Shown: positions 29,233-39,213 of the stretch, piece by piece | Layout: each line of letters opens with the position of its first letter | Numbering within the stretch: position 1 is the first letter of the stretch | The notes under the pieces: generated by a model | Seen by the model: the letters and a program-made list of their open reading frames with translations, nothing else | Database searches by the model: none | What the model was told of the DNA's origin: nothing | DNA from: Candidatus Latescibacterota bacterium | Lineage (GTDB): Bacteria > Latescibacterota > UBA2968 > GCA-2709665 | NCBI GenBank assembly: GCA_963667175.2 | Contig: CAXXXF010000017.1 | Location: 39,044-103,043, forward strand | Direction: 5' to 3' | Length of the DNA: 64,000 nt | Program-made: the position numbers and the translations under genes

Positions 29233-29828
29233 GGGGAAACAATTGAAAGGCGGGGGCAAAAACAGCTGTTCAGCAGTCAGCCAGAATCGAAAACGAAAAT
29301 CAAAGGCGGCAACCAGAAAAGCCCGGTTCGCGAAATGCGGGCAACCACAAGAGTTGCCCCTACGGGTACCTCGTTGACGAAGACAATGGCAATTGTGGGC
29401 TTATGGCGATTTTAGGGGCGACTCAGGCGCCGCCTCGACGGATTCCGTGCGGCGTCGATTTATCCATCGAAACCACGATCCCATTTCGCTCGATATGTTG
29501 GTCCAAATCCTGGTTTTCCTCCCCCTCTCCCCCCGGGAGAGGGGGCCGGGGGGAGAGGTCTGCGTGCTCCCGGGCTTACCGCTCCACGGCGCTGACGTCA
29601 ACGGGTTTGGCTTTTGCTTCAAGCTGATTGCTGACGGCTGATCGCTGAATGCGAATTGCTGTTTTTCCCTTTGTGCCTCCGTGTGAGTGTCTTCATGCTT
29701 GACGTTGGCGGACGTGCCGCATCCCTGCAAACTGAATATTTGCTTTCCGGGACACCGGATGTGTATCTTTTGTCTGCGCCGTTTTCGATGAACCGGTTGT
29801 TCGACTCCAGGTCCTTCAGGAGTTTCCT

Positions 29829-32800
29829 GTGAAAGACCGACAAGCGCTCTTGCCGCGGATTTCCATTTCGCGACCGGTCACGGTGGCCATGTGCCTCGTG
29901 GCGCTGCTGGTGATCGGTTGCGTGTCCTATGTGAAGATACGCCTTCAGGCCTTTCCGTCGGGGTGGGAGTGGAAACGGTTGTGGGTGTGGGTGGACAGCC
30001 GGGATACGTCGCCCAAGGAGAACGACCAGGAAATTTGCAGGCTGTTCGAGACGTATCTCGGAACGGTGAAAAACCTCGAGTCAATGCGTACGTGGGCCGG
30101 TAAGGACTGGGCGGACGCCGGTCTGAGGTTTCGCCCGGAAACCGACATGTCTCTGGCCTATAACCAGGTCATGGACCGGCTGGACCGCATGAAACTGGAA
30201 TTGCCCCCCGAGAAACGCGATAGGACGGGGGTGTGGAAATACAACGAGGAGACCGACCAGGAGATCATATGGATGGGGGTGGCCCCGCCGGAGGGGCTGG
30301 ACGATATCCAGTCCTTCATTGAAGACCGGGTTCAACGACGTCTGGAGCGGATCGACGGCGTGGCGAAGGTTTCCTTCTGGGGGAGATTCCGGAAAGAGAT
30401 CATGGTCGTTGTGCTACAGGAGCGCATGCGTTCCCTCGGCGTCCTGCCCGCCGACGTGGTACAGGCGCTGCAGGGAGAGAACTTCGCGCTGGCCGGCGGT
30501 CACCTGCAGGAGGGCGGCAAGAGGTACTTCATCCGCTCCCTGGCGCGGTATAAGGACATGGACGAGATCCGCCGGATACCCGTCAGGCGGTCGAACGGTC
30601 TGGAACCCGTCACCGTATCCGACGTGGGAGGCGTGCTGTTCGGAATGCCGCCGCGCCTGGGATCCTGGAGAATCAATGGCAAGGAAGCCGTCGGGCTCGA
30701 CGTGTACAAGGAGTCGAGCGCCAACGTCGTGGACGTATCCGTCCGGGTGAGGGAGGAACTGGATCGGATCGGCGAGGAAACCGGAGCACAATTCAACGTC
30801 ATGTGGGATCAAGGCCGGGCGGTGCGGGATTCGATAGACAATATTCGAACGACCGCGATCTGGGGGGCCCTGTTCGCCTCCCTGATCCTGCTGTATTTTC
30901 TCCGCGCCGTGCGGATGACGGCCCTGATTACCCTGTCGATTCCATTGTGCATCATGATGACGATTTCCGTGCTTTATTTTCTGGACTGGTCGCTGAATCT
31001 GCTGACTATGATGGGCCTGATGGTGGGGATGGGAATGGTGGTGGACAACGCGATCGTGATCGTGGAAAACATCTATCGAATGCGGGCAAAGGGAAAGGAT
31101 GCGCACCAGGCGTCCGTTGCCGGGGCCAGCGAGGTGGGCATGGCCATATCGATGGCGACGCTGACCACGGTGGTGGTCTTCATGCCGTTGATGTTTATGA
31201 CGGGAAGAGCCGGGCTGACCTTTGAACTCACAAGGGTCGGTATTCCGGTGGTCGTGTCGCTGTTGGGGTCTCTCTTCGTGGCACTGATCTTCATACCCCT
31301 TGCGGCGAAGCTTCTGGGGAGGCACGCCGCCAGGAAGGACCCGCGGTCGATCCGGTGGCTGCGGCGCAGGTACCAGCGCGGCCTGGGGTGGGTTCTGAAC
31401 CACCGGCGGGATGCTTCGCTTGTTTTTGTTCTCCTGTTTGTTTCCGTCTTCTATCCGGCGTCGAACGTTAAAGAAACGACAGGACGCGCCCGGGTAACTA
31501 ACGAGTTTTTCATTCGTTTCAACGCCCCTCCGTTCTTCAAGCGGGCGGAGATGGAGCGTATCGCGGTTCAGATCGAGGATTTCCTGGACAGCAAACGGGA
31601 CACCTACCGGATAGAAACCGTGCGGCTGGGATACTGGCGGCAGCGGGGCTTTATCCGGGTGTATCTGCAAGAAGAACCGAACAGGGACTGGTGGTACCAG
31701 TTTTACAAGAGCGTTCGAAAGAAGGCCGGTATTCCCGTAAAGGGGTGGATGACGCGAGCTGAGGTGATCGAAGACACCAAGAAACACATACCGAAATTCG
31801 TCGGCGTGCGGGTGATGGTACAGACGCGGTGGCGCAGTGAGCCGGGAGTGTCGGTTTATCTCTACGGAGACGACATCGATCTGCTGGCGCGGCTGTCGGA
31901 GGCCGTGCGACAGCGGGTGGAGGCGATACCGGACGTCGTCAGCGTGGACAGCGACCTGGAATACGCGGAAAAGGAAGTGCAGGTGCTCATCAACAAGGAA
32001 CAGGCGCACGCGTACGGGATTACCGCACAGGCCGTGGGCCGCAGCATTTCCTACCAGTTGCGCGGGGTCAACCTGGCGCCGTATCACGACGACGACCGGA
32101 TGATTTCGGTCCGGCTGTTTATGGACGAAGACGATCGACAGACGCTGGCACAACTCAAGAAGTTCCCGTTTCGCTCAAAAACCGGTACCCAGATTCCCCT
32201 CTCGGCATTCGCCTCGTTCAACGTTACGGAAGGCAGCGGCGCCATTCGGCGCGAGGACGGAAAAATGCGGATGCGGGTGCGGGCATTTACAACGCAGGAA
32301 GACCTGAAAGGGTTGTGGGAGCAGATCGACCGCGCGATGGTGGGATTCGCCGTGCCGCGGGGGTATTCCTGGAACAAGGGAGAGACCTATTCCAGGTTCC
32401 AGGAGTCCGACGATACGATGTCGTTCGCAATCGCGATGGCGATTACCTGCGTCTTCCTGTTGATGGGCGTGCTGTTCGAGTCCTTCGTGCTTCCGTTCGC
32501 GGTCCTGCTGTCGATCCCCTTCGCGTTTCTGGGCGTGTACTGGAGTCTGTTCCTGACGAACACCGTGATGGGGAAAATGGCCCAGATGGGTATCATTCTG
32601 CTGATCGGCGTGGTCGTGAACAACGCGATCGTGCTGGTGGATATGATCAATCGGTTGAGGGGGAGCGGCATGAGCCGATCGGAGGCGATCGAGGAGGCCG
32701 GATTCAACCGCTTCCGGCCGATTCTGATGACCACCTTCACGACGGTCTTCGGACTGTTCCCGATGGCCGCGGGATCCGCGACCATGCTCGGGACCCCCTA

Positions 32801-32963
32801 CGCCCCGCTGGGCATCACGATGATCGGCGGCCTCCTATCGTCCACGGTCCTGACGCTTTTCGTGGTGCCGCTGTTCTATACGTATCTGGATGACCTGAGG
32901 CATTTTCTGAGGGGGTTTGCAGGGAATGTACTCAAGTCTACGGACCCTGCGAAGTCACCGTAG
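29829..32963 (+). CDS. RND (AcrB/HAE family) efflux transporter, with no adjacent MFP or OMF gene
   Basis: 1044 aa with a 12-TM/two-large-loop layout. ISRPVTVAMCLVALLVIG, VVDNAIVIVENI and VVNNAIVLVDMI. Confidence 0.9.
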   Translation: MKDRQALLPRISISRPVTVAMCLVALLVIGCVSYVKIRLQAFPSGWEWKRLWVWVDSRDTSPKENDQEICRLFETYLGTVKNLESMRTWAGKDWADAGLRFRPETDMSLAYNQVMDRLDRMKLELPPEKRDRTGVWKYNEETDQEIIWMGVAPPEGLDDIQSFIEDRVQRRLERIDGVAKVSFWGRFRKEIMVVVLQERMRSLGVLPADVVQALQGENFALAGGHLQEGGKRYFIRSLARYKDMDEIRRIPVRRSNGLEPVTVSDVGGVLFGMPPRLGSWRINGKEAVGLDVYKESSANVVDVSVRVREELDRIGEETGAQFNVMWDQGRAVRDSIDNIRTTAIWGALFASLILLYFLRAVRMTALITLSIPLCIMMTISVLYFLDWSLNLLTMMGLMVGMGMVVDNAIVIVENIYRMRAKGKDAHQASVAGASEVGMAISMATLTTVVVFMPLMFMTGRAGLTFELTRVGIPVVVSLLGSLFVALIFIPLAAKLLGRHAARKDPRSIRWLRRRYQRGLGWVLNHRRDASLVFVLLFVSVFYPASNVKETTGRARVTNEFFIRFNAPPFFKRAEMERIAVQIEDFLDSKRDTYRIETVRLGYWRQRGFIRVYLQEEPNRDWWYQFYKSVRKKAGIPVKGWMTRAEVIEDTKKHIPKFVGVRVMVQTRWRSEPGVSVYLYGDDIDLLARLSEAVRQRVEAIPDVVSVDSDLEYAEKEVQVLINKEQAHAYGITAQAVGRSISYQLRGVNLAPYHDDDRMISVRLFMDEDDRQTLAQLKKFPFRSKTGTQIPLSAFASFNVTEGSGAIRREDGKMRMRVRAFTTQEDLKGLWEQIDRAMVGFAVPRGYSWNKGETYSRFQESDDTMSFAIAMAITCVFLLMGVLFESFVLPFAVLLSIPFAFLGVYWSLFLTNTVMGKMAQMGIILLIGVVVNNAIVLVDMINRLRGSGMSRSEAIEEAGFNRFRPILMTTFTTVFGLFPMAAGSATMLGTPYAPLGITMIGGLLSSTVLTLFVVPLFYTYLDDLRHFLRGFAGNVLKSTDPAKSP

Positions 32964-33109
32964 AGGAAAAACCGGTGAGACGGGAGTCGTGAGATGGTAT
33001 CCTTGCCCGATAGGTTCTTCCTTTGTGCCGTCGGCAAGAGACGATAACGGACGGGGCGGACAATCTCTCCCCTCTCCCGTCTTGCGTCTACCCGCTCCCC
33101 GCCTTCAGG
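32964..33109. repeat. MITE-like repeat, copy A (terminal inverted GAGACGGGAG / CTCCCGTCT)
   Basis: Aligns with 38929-39087 through AAAACCGGTGA-GACGGGAG, GATGNNATCCTTNCCCGATNGGTTC, GGCAAG and CTCTCCCGTCT. It starts at the stop codon of the RND gene. Confidence 0.6.
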
Positions 33110-33145
33110 AGAGATCACCGCAGTGAAAAACGACGGCACTGGATG

Positions 33146-33511
33146 CTATCCCGGCCTGTCATCAGGAGGAATGTAGCGGTTGCCCAGTTCCACGTAGTCT
33201 TCCCTGACCGGGCTGAAGATGTCCAGCACCACGGCGGGTCCGTCCACGGCCACCGCTCGATGCGGCACATTGGGCGGGATGAGATAGGCGTCGTCCTTCT
33301 CGACCGTACGGGTGACGTCGCCGATCGTCAGCTCGACCCGTCCTTCGAGCATGATTCCGCCCTGCTCGTGCGGATGATGGTGCAGCGGCACCACCGCGCC
33401 TTCGTCCATTTCCAGCAGGGAGATCATGAGATTCTCGCCGTAGGGCGCGCGGATACGCACACCGGGGGCAAGGTCGTTGACGGGGACGTCGCTCCAGTTG
33501 ATATGGGGCAT
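33146..33511 (-). CDS. cupin domain protein
   Basis: GAVVPLHHHPHEQGGIMLEGRVELTIGD...YLIPPNVPH. The start is taken at MPHINW, after the CoxG stop. Confidence 0.6.
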   Translation of the reverse strand: MPHINWSDVPVNDLAPGVRIRAPYGENLMISLLEMDEGAVVPLHHHPHEQGGIMLEGRVELTIGDVTRTVEKDDAYLIPPNVPHRAVAVDGPAVVLDIFSPVREDYVELGNRYIPPDDRPG

Positions 33512-33557
33512 GGGGAACTCAGCCGTTTCTTCGACACTCTGGTCCGGGCTCGCAACG

Positions 33558-34067
33558 CTATTGCCCGGCGCCGGGCTTCTTGCCGCGCAGATAGTCCCGC
33601 AGGATGCCATGCTTGACGGATTCTCCCGGCGCAGCGTTGGCTTCTGCCTCGATGGCGCCGAAGAGCTGTCGCGTCATCATCTTCGAGACACTCAGATGCA
33701 GCCGCTGTCCCACCGCCGCCACGGGGCCGCCAAGCTGCACGTTGCCGCTGTAGGATACCTGCGTCCCGTCGTCCTCGTCGGCGAGGTCGATGCTTCCTTC
33801 GCCCTTGACGAACCCGGTCTTGCCCTTCGCATCCACGACCATGCGATAATGTCGGGGCGGGTCCAGGTCTCCCAGGCGGATCGTGCCGCTGTAACTGCCT
33901 CTAATGGGCCCCACGCCGGCGTTGATTTCCAGTTCGTACGTGTTCTCGCCGACAAGCTCCAGCTTGCGGGCGCCGGGAATGCACCTGGCGAGGGCCTCGG
34001 GGTCGGTGAGCAGGTCGAAGACCCGCTGCCGCGGCGCGTTGATCGTATGCGTGCCCTGCAGTTTCAA
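33558..34067 (-). CDS. CoxG-like SRPBCC protein
   Basis: MKLQGTHTINAPRQRVFDLLTDPEALARCIPG...GSYSGTIRL, downstream of the CoxSLM-like genes. Confidence 0.8.
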   Translation of the reverse strand: MKLQGTHTINAPRQRVFDLLTDPEALARCIPGARKLELVGENTYELEINAGVGPIRGSYSGTIRLGDLDPPRHYRMVVDAKGKTGFVKGEGSIDLADEDDGTQVSYSGNVQLGGPVAAVGQRLHLSVSKMMTRQLFGAIEAEANAAPGESVKHGILRDYLRGKKPGAGQ

Positions 34068-34167
34068 ATGCGCCTCCTCATGGGTTACGGCGGGTCGGTA
34101 CGCGCTCGCGTGCGCCCGGAGACACTACCGGACGCACGCGAAGATCTGTTCGGATGATCTGACGCTT

Positions 34168-35034
34168 TCAGGCAGCCCGCTCGGCGGCCCGGGTAAGCGC
34201 CTGGCGGGTGAAGACCCTCGCCAGGTGCGCCCGGTAGTCCCCCGAGGCGTGATGGTCTTCCTGATAGTCATCGACGCCGTCGGCGGCCTTTTCGGCTGCC
34301 GCGGCGATGGTCTCGGCGTTGAGCGGTCCGCCCTGCAGCGCGGCTTCCGCGGCAGATGCCCTGTAGGCCACCGCCGAAACGCCCGTCACGCCGATGGCGA
34401 CCGACGCGCAGGCGCCGTTGCTCCGTGTGACCTGCGCGGCAACGCCGCAGATGGCGAATCCCGAAGCCGACTGATGCATCTTGACGTACGCGCCTCCGGA
34501 GCCGGCCGGCGGCGTGGCGATGCGGATTCGGGTGAGGATTTCGTCGTCGCCGATGGCGGTGGTGAGCAGGTCTTCGAAGAAATCGCCGATGGCAACGCTC
34601 CGGTCGCCCCCGGGACCGGAGACGTCGAGTTCGGCGTTCAACGCCAGCATCGCGGCCGGCCAGTCCGCTGCGGGATCCGCGTGGACCAGGCTTCCGCCCA
34701 CCGTGCCGCGATTGCGCACCTGGACGTCGCCGATCGCCGACGCGGTTTCAGGGAGCAGGCCGCATCTGGATTTCAGCAGCCGGTGGCTCTCCACCGTGTG
34801 GTGCGTCGCAAGGGCGCCGATCGAGATCGTTTCGTTTCCCGCGACGACCTTTCGAAGGCCCGAAATGCCGCCCAGGTCGATGAGGGTTGCCGGCGAGGCG
34901 AACCGCAGCTTCATCAGCGGGATGAGGCTGTGGCCGCCTGCCAGGATCTTCGCGTCGCCGCCGTGTTCCTGAAGCAGACTGAGCGCCTTTCTCAGGGTCT
35001 TCGGCGCGTGATAGTCGAACGGGCTGGGAATCAT
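34168..35034 (-). CDS. FAD-binding medium subunit (CoxM-like) of a xanthine dehydrogenase-family Mo-hydroxylase
   Basis: FDYHAPKTLRKALSLLQEHGGDAKILAGGHSLIPLMKLR...NRGTVGGSL. Confidence 0.85.
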   Translation of the reverse strand: MIPSPFDYHAPKTLRKALSLLQEHGGDAKILAGGHSLIPLMKLRFASPATLIDLGGISGLRKVVAGNETISIGALATHHTVESHRLLKSRCGLLPETASAIGDVQVRNRGTVGGSLVHADPAADWPAAMLALNAELDVSGPGGDRSVAIGDFFEDLLTTAIGDDEILTRIRIATPPAGSGGAYVKMHQSASGFAICGVAAQVTRSNGACASVAIGVTGVSAVAYRASAAEAALQGGPLNAETIAAAAEKAADGVDDYQEDHHASGDYRAHLARVFTRQALTRAAERAA

Positions 35035-35134
35035 TGGCTTCTCTCCAGGTATCGAAGATTTGAACATCCGCGCGGGCGCGTCCAACCGATCGTCGGCCGG
35101 TTTTCCGCGCGCCCTGACGGAACGGGCAGACGAC

Positions 35135-37465
35135 CTACCCCTGCATGAGTTTCCAGAGTTTTTCGGGACGCAGCGGCATGTCGATGTGCCGCACGCCGAA
35201 CGGTTTGAGCGCGTCCACCACCGCGTTGACGATGGACGGCGTGGAGCCGATGGTGCCCGCCTCTCCCACGCCCTTGACGCCCATCGGATTCACCGGCGAG
35301 GGCGTGACCGTGTTGTCGAGCTCGAAGCGCGGGAAGTTGTGCGCCTTGGGCAGGGCATAGTCCATGAACGTGCCGGTGAGCATCTGCCCGCTCTCGTCGT
35401 AGATGGCCTCTTCATATAGCGCCTGGCCCAGACCCTGGGCGATGCCCCCGTGGATCTGACCCTCGACGATCAGCGGGTTGATGATCTGGCCGCAGTCGTC
35501 AACGGCGATATACCGCAGGACGTCCACCTCTCCGGTGTCCGCGTCCACTTCCACGATGGCAATGTGCGTGCCGAACGGGTAGGTGAAGTTGGACGGCTCG
35601 AAGAAATGGGTCGCCGCCATGCCCGGCTCGGTATCCGGCGGCAGATTCACACCCCCGTGTGCGGCCATGGATATCTCCGCCAGGGTGACGCCCTGGTCGG
35701 GCGAGCCCTTGACGCCGTACTTGCCGTCGTCGACGACGATGTCCTGCGGGTTGCTCTCCAGCAGGTGCGCGGCGATGTTGACGGCCTTTTCCTTGATCTT
35801 TTCCATCGCCATTACCATGGCCGTACCGCCCACCGCGGTCGCGCGGGAACCGAACGTGCCGATGCCGTACTGCACGGCTTCGGTATCGCCGTGGATGATC
35901 CGCACATCGTCGATATCCACCCCGAGACCGTCGGCGATGAGTTGCGCAAACGTGGTTTCCTGCCCCTGGCCGTGGGGCGAGACCCCGGTGAGAACGGTGA
36001 CTTTGCCCGTCGGGTCCACCCTTACCGTGCCGCTCTCCCAACCGCCCGCTGGCATGGCCGCCGAGGGCCCCATGCCGCAGATCTCCACGTACGTGGAGAA
36101 GCCGATGCCCAGGTACCGGCCCTGTTCGCGGGCGTCCGCCTGCTCCTTGCGGAAGCCTTCGTAGTCGATCTTCCTGAGCGCCTTGTTGAGCGCGATCTCG
36201 TAGTCGCCGCTGTCGTAGGCGACTGCGGTGCCGGTTTCGAAGGGAAACTCGTCCTTGCCGATGAAGTTCCTTCGCCGGACCTCCAGGGGGTCCATGTCCA
36301 GATCGTGAGCCACGCAGTCCAGCATGCGTTCGATGAGGTACGTGGCTTCCGGCCTGCCCGCGCCCCGGTACGCGTCGGTGGCCATCTTGTTGGTGAAGGC
36401 CGCGGTGAGTTCCATCGAGACGTTCTGGAACCTGTAACAACCGCAGAGCATCAGCCCCGTGAGGGTGGGGATCGCGGGCGTGAGCAACTGGTAGTAGGCG
36501 CCCACGTCGGCCTCCACGGTATATTTGAGGCCCAGGATGGTTCCGTCGTTCTTGACGGGGATCTCCACGTCGCCGACCTGGTCTCGCCCGTGGATGGTGT
36601 GCAGGAAGTTCTCCCTCCGGCTTTCAATCCACTTGACCGGCCTCTTGAGCTGGATGGCCAGATAACCGACCAGGGCTTCCTCGGCGTAGACGTTCAGCTT
36701 GCAGCCGAATCCGCCGCCCACCTCGGGAGCGATGACCTGCACGAGTTGCTCTGGCCGGTTGAGAATGACCGAAAGCTGGGTCCTGAGCAGATGCGGGATC
36801 TGCGTGGACGACCAAACCGTGAGTTTTCCGTCACCTGGCTGAAATTGTGCGACCACACCACGGGTTTCCAGCGGATTGGGCACCAGCCGCTGGTGGTTGA
36901 AACGCTGTTTGACCACGCGGTCGGCCTGGGCGAAGGCGTCGTCGATGTCGCCGCCGGCAATCGCCCATGTAAAGGCCTGGTTGCTGCCGAATTGTTCGTG
37001 CAGAAGCGGGGCGCCGTCAGCCAGCGCCGCCTCGGACGAGTTGACGGCGTCGAGCGGGTCGTAGTCCACCTCGATGAGTTCAGCCGCGTCCCTGGCGGCA
37101 TATGAACTGTCGGCGACCACGGCCGCGACCGGCTCCCCGACGAACCGTACCTTACCGTGCGCCAGGACCGGATGATCCGGGACCTGGATGCCCGGAAAGC
37201 CCTCGGGGTCGGTGGTGGCGCAGGGAATGGCGCCGATGTTGTCCTTCAGATCGTCGCCGGTAACCACGGCCACCACGCCCGGATGCTCCGAGGCGGCCGA
37301 GGTGTCGATACCGCGGACGTGCGCGTGCCCGTACGGGCTGCGGAGCACGGCGACGTGCAGCGTACCGGGCAATTGGATGTCGTCTACGTATTGCGCAAGG
37401 CCCTGGATCAGCCGGGGATCTTCCCTGCGCTTGATTCTGGCGCCTACGGATTTGCTGACAGGCAT
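35135..37465 (-). CDS. molybdopterin large subunit (CoxL-like, form II signature AYRGAGR)
   Basis: VGARIKRREDPRLIQG..., ATDAYRGAGRPEATY, GGGFG. This is not the form-I AYxCSFR motif. Confidence 0.9.
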   Translation of the reverse strand: MPVSKSVGARIKRREDPRLIQGLAQYVDDIQLPGTLHVAVLRSPYGHAHVRGIDTSAASEHPGVVAVVTGDDLKDNIGAIPCATTDPEGFPGIQVPDHPVLAHGKVRFVGEPVAAVVADSSYAARDAAELIEVDYDPLDAVNSSEAALADGAPLLHEQFGSNQAFTWAIAGGDIDDAFAQADRVVKQRFNHQRLVPNPLETRGVVAQFQPGDGKLTVWSSTQIPHLLRTQLSVILNRPEQLVQVIAPEVGGGFGCKLNVYAEEALVGYLAIQLKRPVKWIESRRENFLHTIHGRDQVGDVEIPVKNDGTILGLKYTVEADVGAYYQLLTPAIPTLTGLMLCGCYRFQNVSMELTAAFTNKMATDAYRGAGRPEATYLIERMLDCVAHDLDMDPLEVRRRNFIGKDEFPFETGTAVAYDSGDYEIALNKALRKIDYEGFRKEQADAREQGRYLGIGFSTYVEICGMGPSAAMPAGGWESGTVRVDPTGKVTVLTGVSPHGQGQETTFAQLIADGLGVDIDDVRIIHGDTEAVQYGIGTFGSRATAVGGTAMVMAMEKIKEKAVNIAAHLLESNPQDIVVDDGKYGVKGSPDQGVTLAEISMAAHGGVNLPPDTEPGMAATHFFEPSNFTYPFGTHIAIVEVDADTGEVDVLRYIAVDDCGQIINPLIVEGQIHGGIAQGLGQALYEEAIYDESGQMLTGTFMDYALPKAHNFPRFELDNTVTPSPVNPMGVKGVGEAGTIGSTPSIVNAVVDALKPFGVRHIDMPLRPEKLWKLMQG

Positions 37466-37478
37466 GGAAGATCTCCTT

Positions 37479-37943
37479 TCAGGATCTCATCTTTCGGGCC
37501 GCGTACTGGACGGCGTCCACAATGTGCTGGTACCCGGTGCAGCGGCAGAGGTTGCCCTCGATGCCGCGACGGATCTGCGCCTCGGTGGGCCGCGAGTTGC
37601 GCTGCAACAACTGGTGGGCGGCGATGATCATTCCGGGCGTGCAGAAACCACACTGAAGGCCGTGACATTCCCAGAAGCCCTCCTGTACGGGATGAAGTTC
37701 GCCGTTTTCGGCCAGCCCCTCGATGGTGGTAATCTCGGCGCCGTGCGCCTGTACCGCGAGCAGAGTACAGGACTTCACAGCCTGCCCGTCGAGCATCACC
37801 GTGCAGGCGCCGCAAAGGCTGGTTTCGCAGCCGACGTGGGTGCCGGTAAGGCCGACGACGTCGCGCAGATAATGCACAAGCAGCAGCCTGGGCTCCACAT
37901 CGTGGCTGTTGCGCTCGCCGTTAATAGTGACTTCCACGTTCAC
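37479..37943 (-). CDS. [2Fe-2S] small subunit (CoxS-like), GTG start after GGAGGT
   Basis: [10 protein letters not shown]...[12 protein letters not shown]...[10 protein letters not shown]...CRCTGY. Confidence 0.9.
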   Translation of the reverse strand: MNVEVTINGERNSHDVEPRLLLVHYLRDVVGLTGTHVGCETSLCGACTVMLDGQAVKSCTLLAVQAHGAEITTIEGLAENGELHPVQEGFWECHGLQCGFCTPGMIIAAHQLLQRNSRPTEAQIRRGIEGNLCRCTGYQHIVDAVQYAARKMRS

Positions 37944-38273
37944 GGGCGACCTCCTTTTCTGATGATTTTCCGATAAATCGGTCCCGATGCAGCTCGAGTG
38001 CACGGGACGGATCTCGCAGGAACCGTGTGGTGAAAAGTACGCACAACTGTCGCGTCCGCGCAAGCGGATTCTGTCGGGCCGCAGGAAAGGCGCGCTGAGA
38101 CGTCATTCTACAGATTCAGACGGGGTCGACGGGCTTGCCTTTTTGGACTCCCGTCTTTAATATTGTACCCGCGCGGCAGGTGAGGACTCCGGCGTCGCGA
38201 ACCGGACGGTTCGAGGTCATTCAATCCGGGCTACCGTCTGTTTTTTCGTACGCGTCCTTCGAAGGAACGAGTC

Positions 38274-39035
38274 ATGGATCACAAACTCTATTACGTGGCC
38301 GACCCCATGTGTTCGTGGTGCTGGGGGTTCCGTCCGGTGCTTCAGGAAATCGTGGCGGCGCTTCCGGATTCCATCCCGGTGGGTTACGTGATGGGCGGGC
38401 TGGCCAGGGATTCGGACGATCCGATGCCGGAAGAGACCCGCGCGTACGTGCAGATGAACTGGCGTGAGGTCACAGAGACGACGGGGGCCGATTTCAACTG
38501 GGACTTCTGGCGCAAATGCAGACCTCGCCGGTCGACCTATCCCGCCTGCCGCGCGGTGCTGGCGGCAGGGGCGCAGCGGGAAGACGCCGTGCCGGAGATG
38601 TTCGACGCCATCCAGCGGGCGTATTACCGGGAGGCGCGGAACCCCTCGGATATCGACACGCTGACCGCGGTTGCCGGGTCGCTTTCTCCGCCGCTGGACG
38701 CGGATCGGTTCGACCGGGACATCCGGTCGCCGGAGATCGAAGGGGAATTGCAGGCGGGTTTCAACCTGCGCAGGTCGATGGGGGTGCGGGAGTTTCCCAG
38801 CGTGGTCGTGAAACGGGGCGGCGCGCAGATGGACGTCGTCCGCGGATGGGCGGACGCCGGGACGGCGATGGCGAAATTAGATGGAAGCGATAGGCGGGAA
38901 GAGGTTAGAAGGCAGAAGGAAGAACGAAGAAGGAGGAAGGAAAAACTGAAAACCGGTGAAGACGGGAGACGGGAGACGGTAGATGACATCCTTCCCCGAT
39001 TGGTTCATACTCATTGCCTCCGGCAAGTAAGTTGA
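38274..39035 (+). CDS. DsbA-family thioredoxin-fold protein whose last 50 or so codons run into a purine-rich tract and the MITE-like repeat
   Basis: YVADPMCSWCWGF (CxxC). The tail from about 38880, RREEVRRQKEERRRRKEKLKTGEDGRRETVDD..., is repeat-derived. Confidence 0.7.
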   Translation: MDHKLYYVADPMCSWCWGFRPVLQEIVAALPDSIPVGYVMGGLARDSDDPMPEETRAYVQMNWREVTETTGADFNWDFWRKCRPRRSTYPACRAVLAAGAQREDAVPEMFDAIQRAYYREARNPSDIDTLTAVAGSLSPPLDADRFDRDIRSPEIEGELQAGFNLRRSMGVREFPSVVVKRGGAQMDVVRGWADAGTAMAKLDGSDRREEVRRQKEERRRRKEKLKTGEDGRRETVDDILPRLVHTHCLRQVS

Positions 39036-39087
39036 AACCATACCAGGGCAGATCACATTCTCTCCCGTCTCACCTCTACCCTCTCCC
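38929..39087. repeat. MITE-like repeat, copy B
   Basis: See copy A. Terminal GAAGACGGGAGACGGGAGACGG versus CTCTCCCGTCT...CTCTCCCCGTCTT. Confidence 0.6.
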
Positions 39088-39213
39088 CGTCTTTAGGGCG
39101 CTGATAACATCTCACAGTCTTACGTCTTACCTCTACCAGGATCCAGATTTAGACTTACACAGTACACATTTCCACGTAGTGTTTAACTCAAACATTTCAA
39201 GGAGGTTATCGAA

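Noticed and set aside
29215-29828. Small ORFs (29215-29415, 29393-29641, 29401-29730(-), 29619-29843(-)) in the 600-bp gap upstream of the RND gene.
   Set aside because: They overlap one another and span GC-rich hairpins (GGGCAAC/GTTGCCC; CCCCCTCTCCC/GGGAGAGGGGG). They show no coding-like composition, so the region is treated as non-coding or repeat-bearing.
77-37105. Many long ORFs antisense to, or out of frame with, the called genes in the high-GC core. Examples are 77-1090(-), 6175-7170(-), 7137-8429(-), 9789-11525(-), 12047-13324(-), 19707-21233(-), 26088-27284(+), 27439-28908(+), 30414-32153(-) and 35450-37105(+).
   Set aside because: Their translations are Arg/Pro/Gly/Ala-rich low-complexity strings with no recognisable motifs. 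They fully overlap genes with strong family signatures. This is the typical stop-codon-poor artefact of high-GC DNA.
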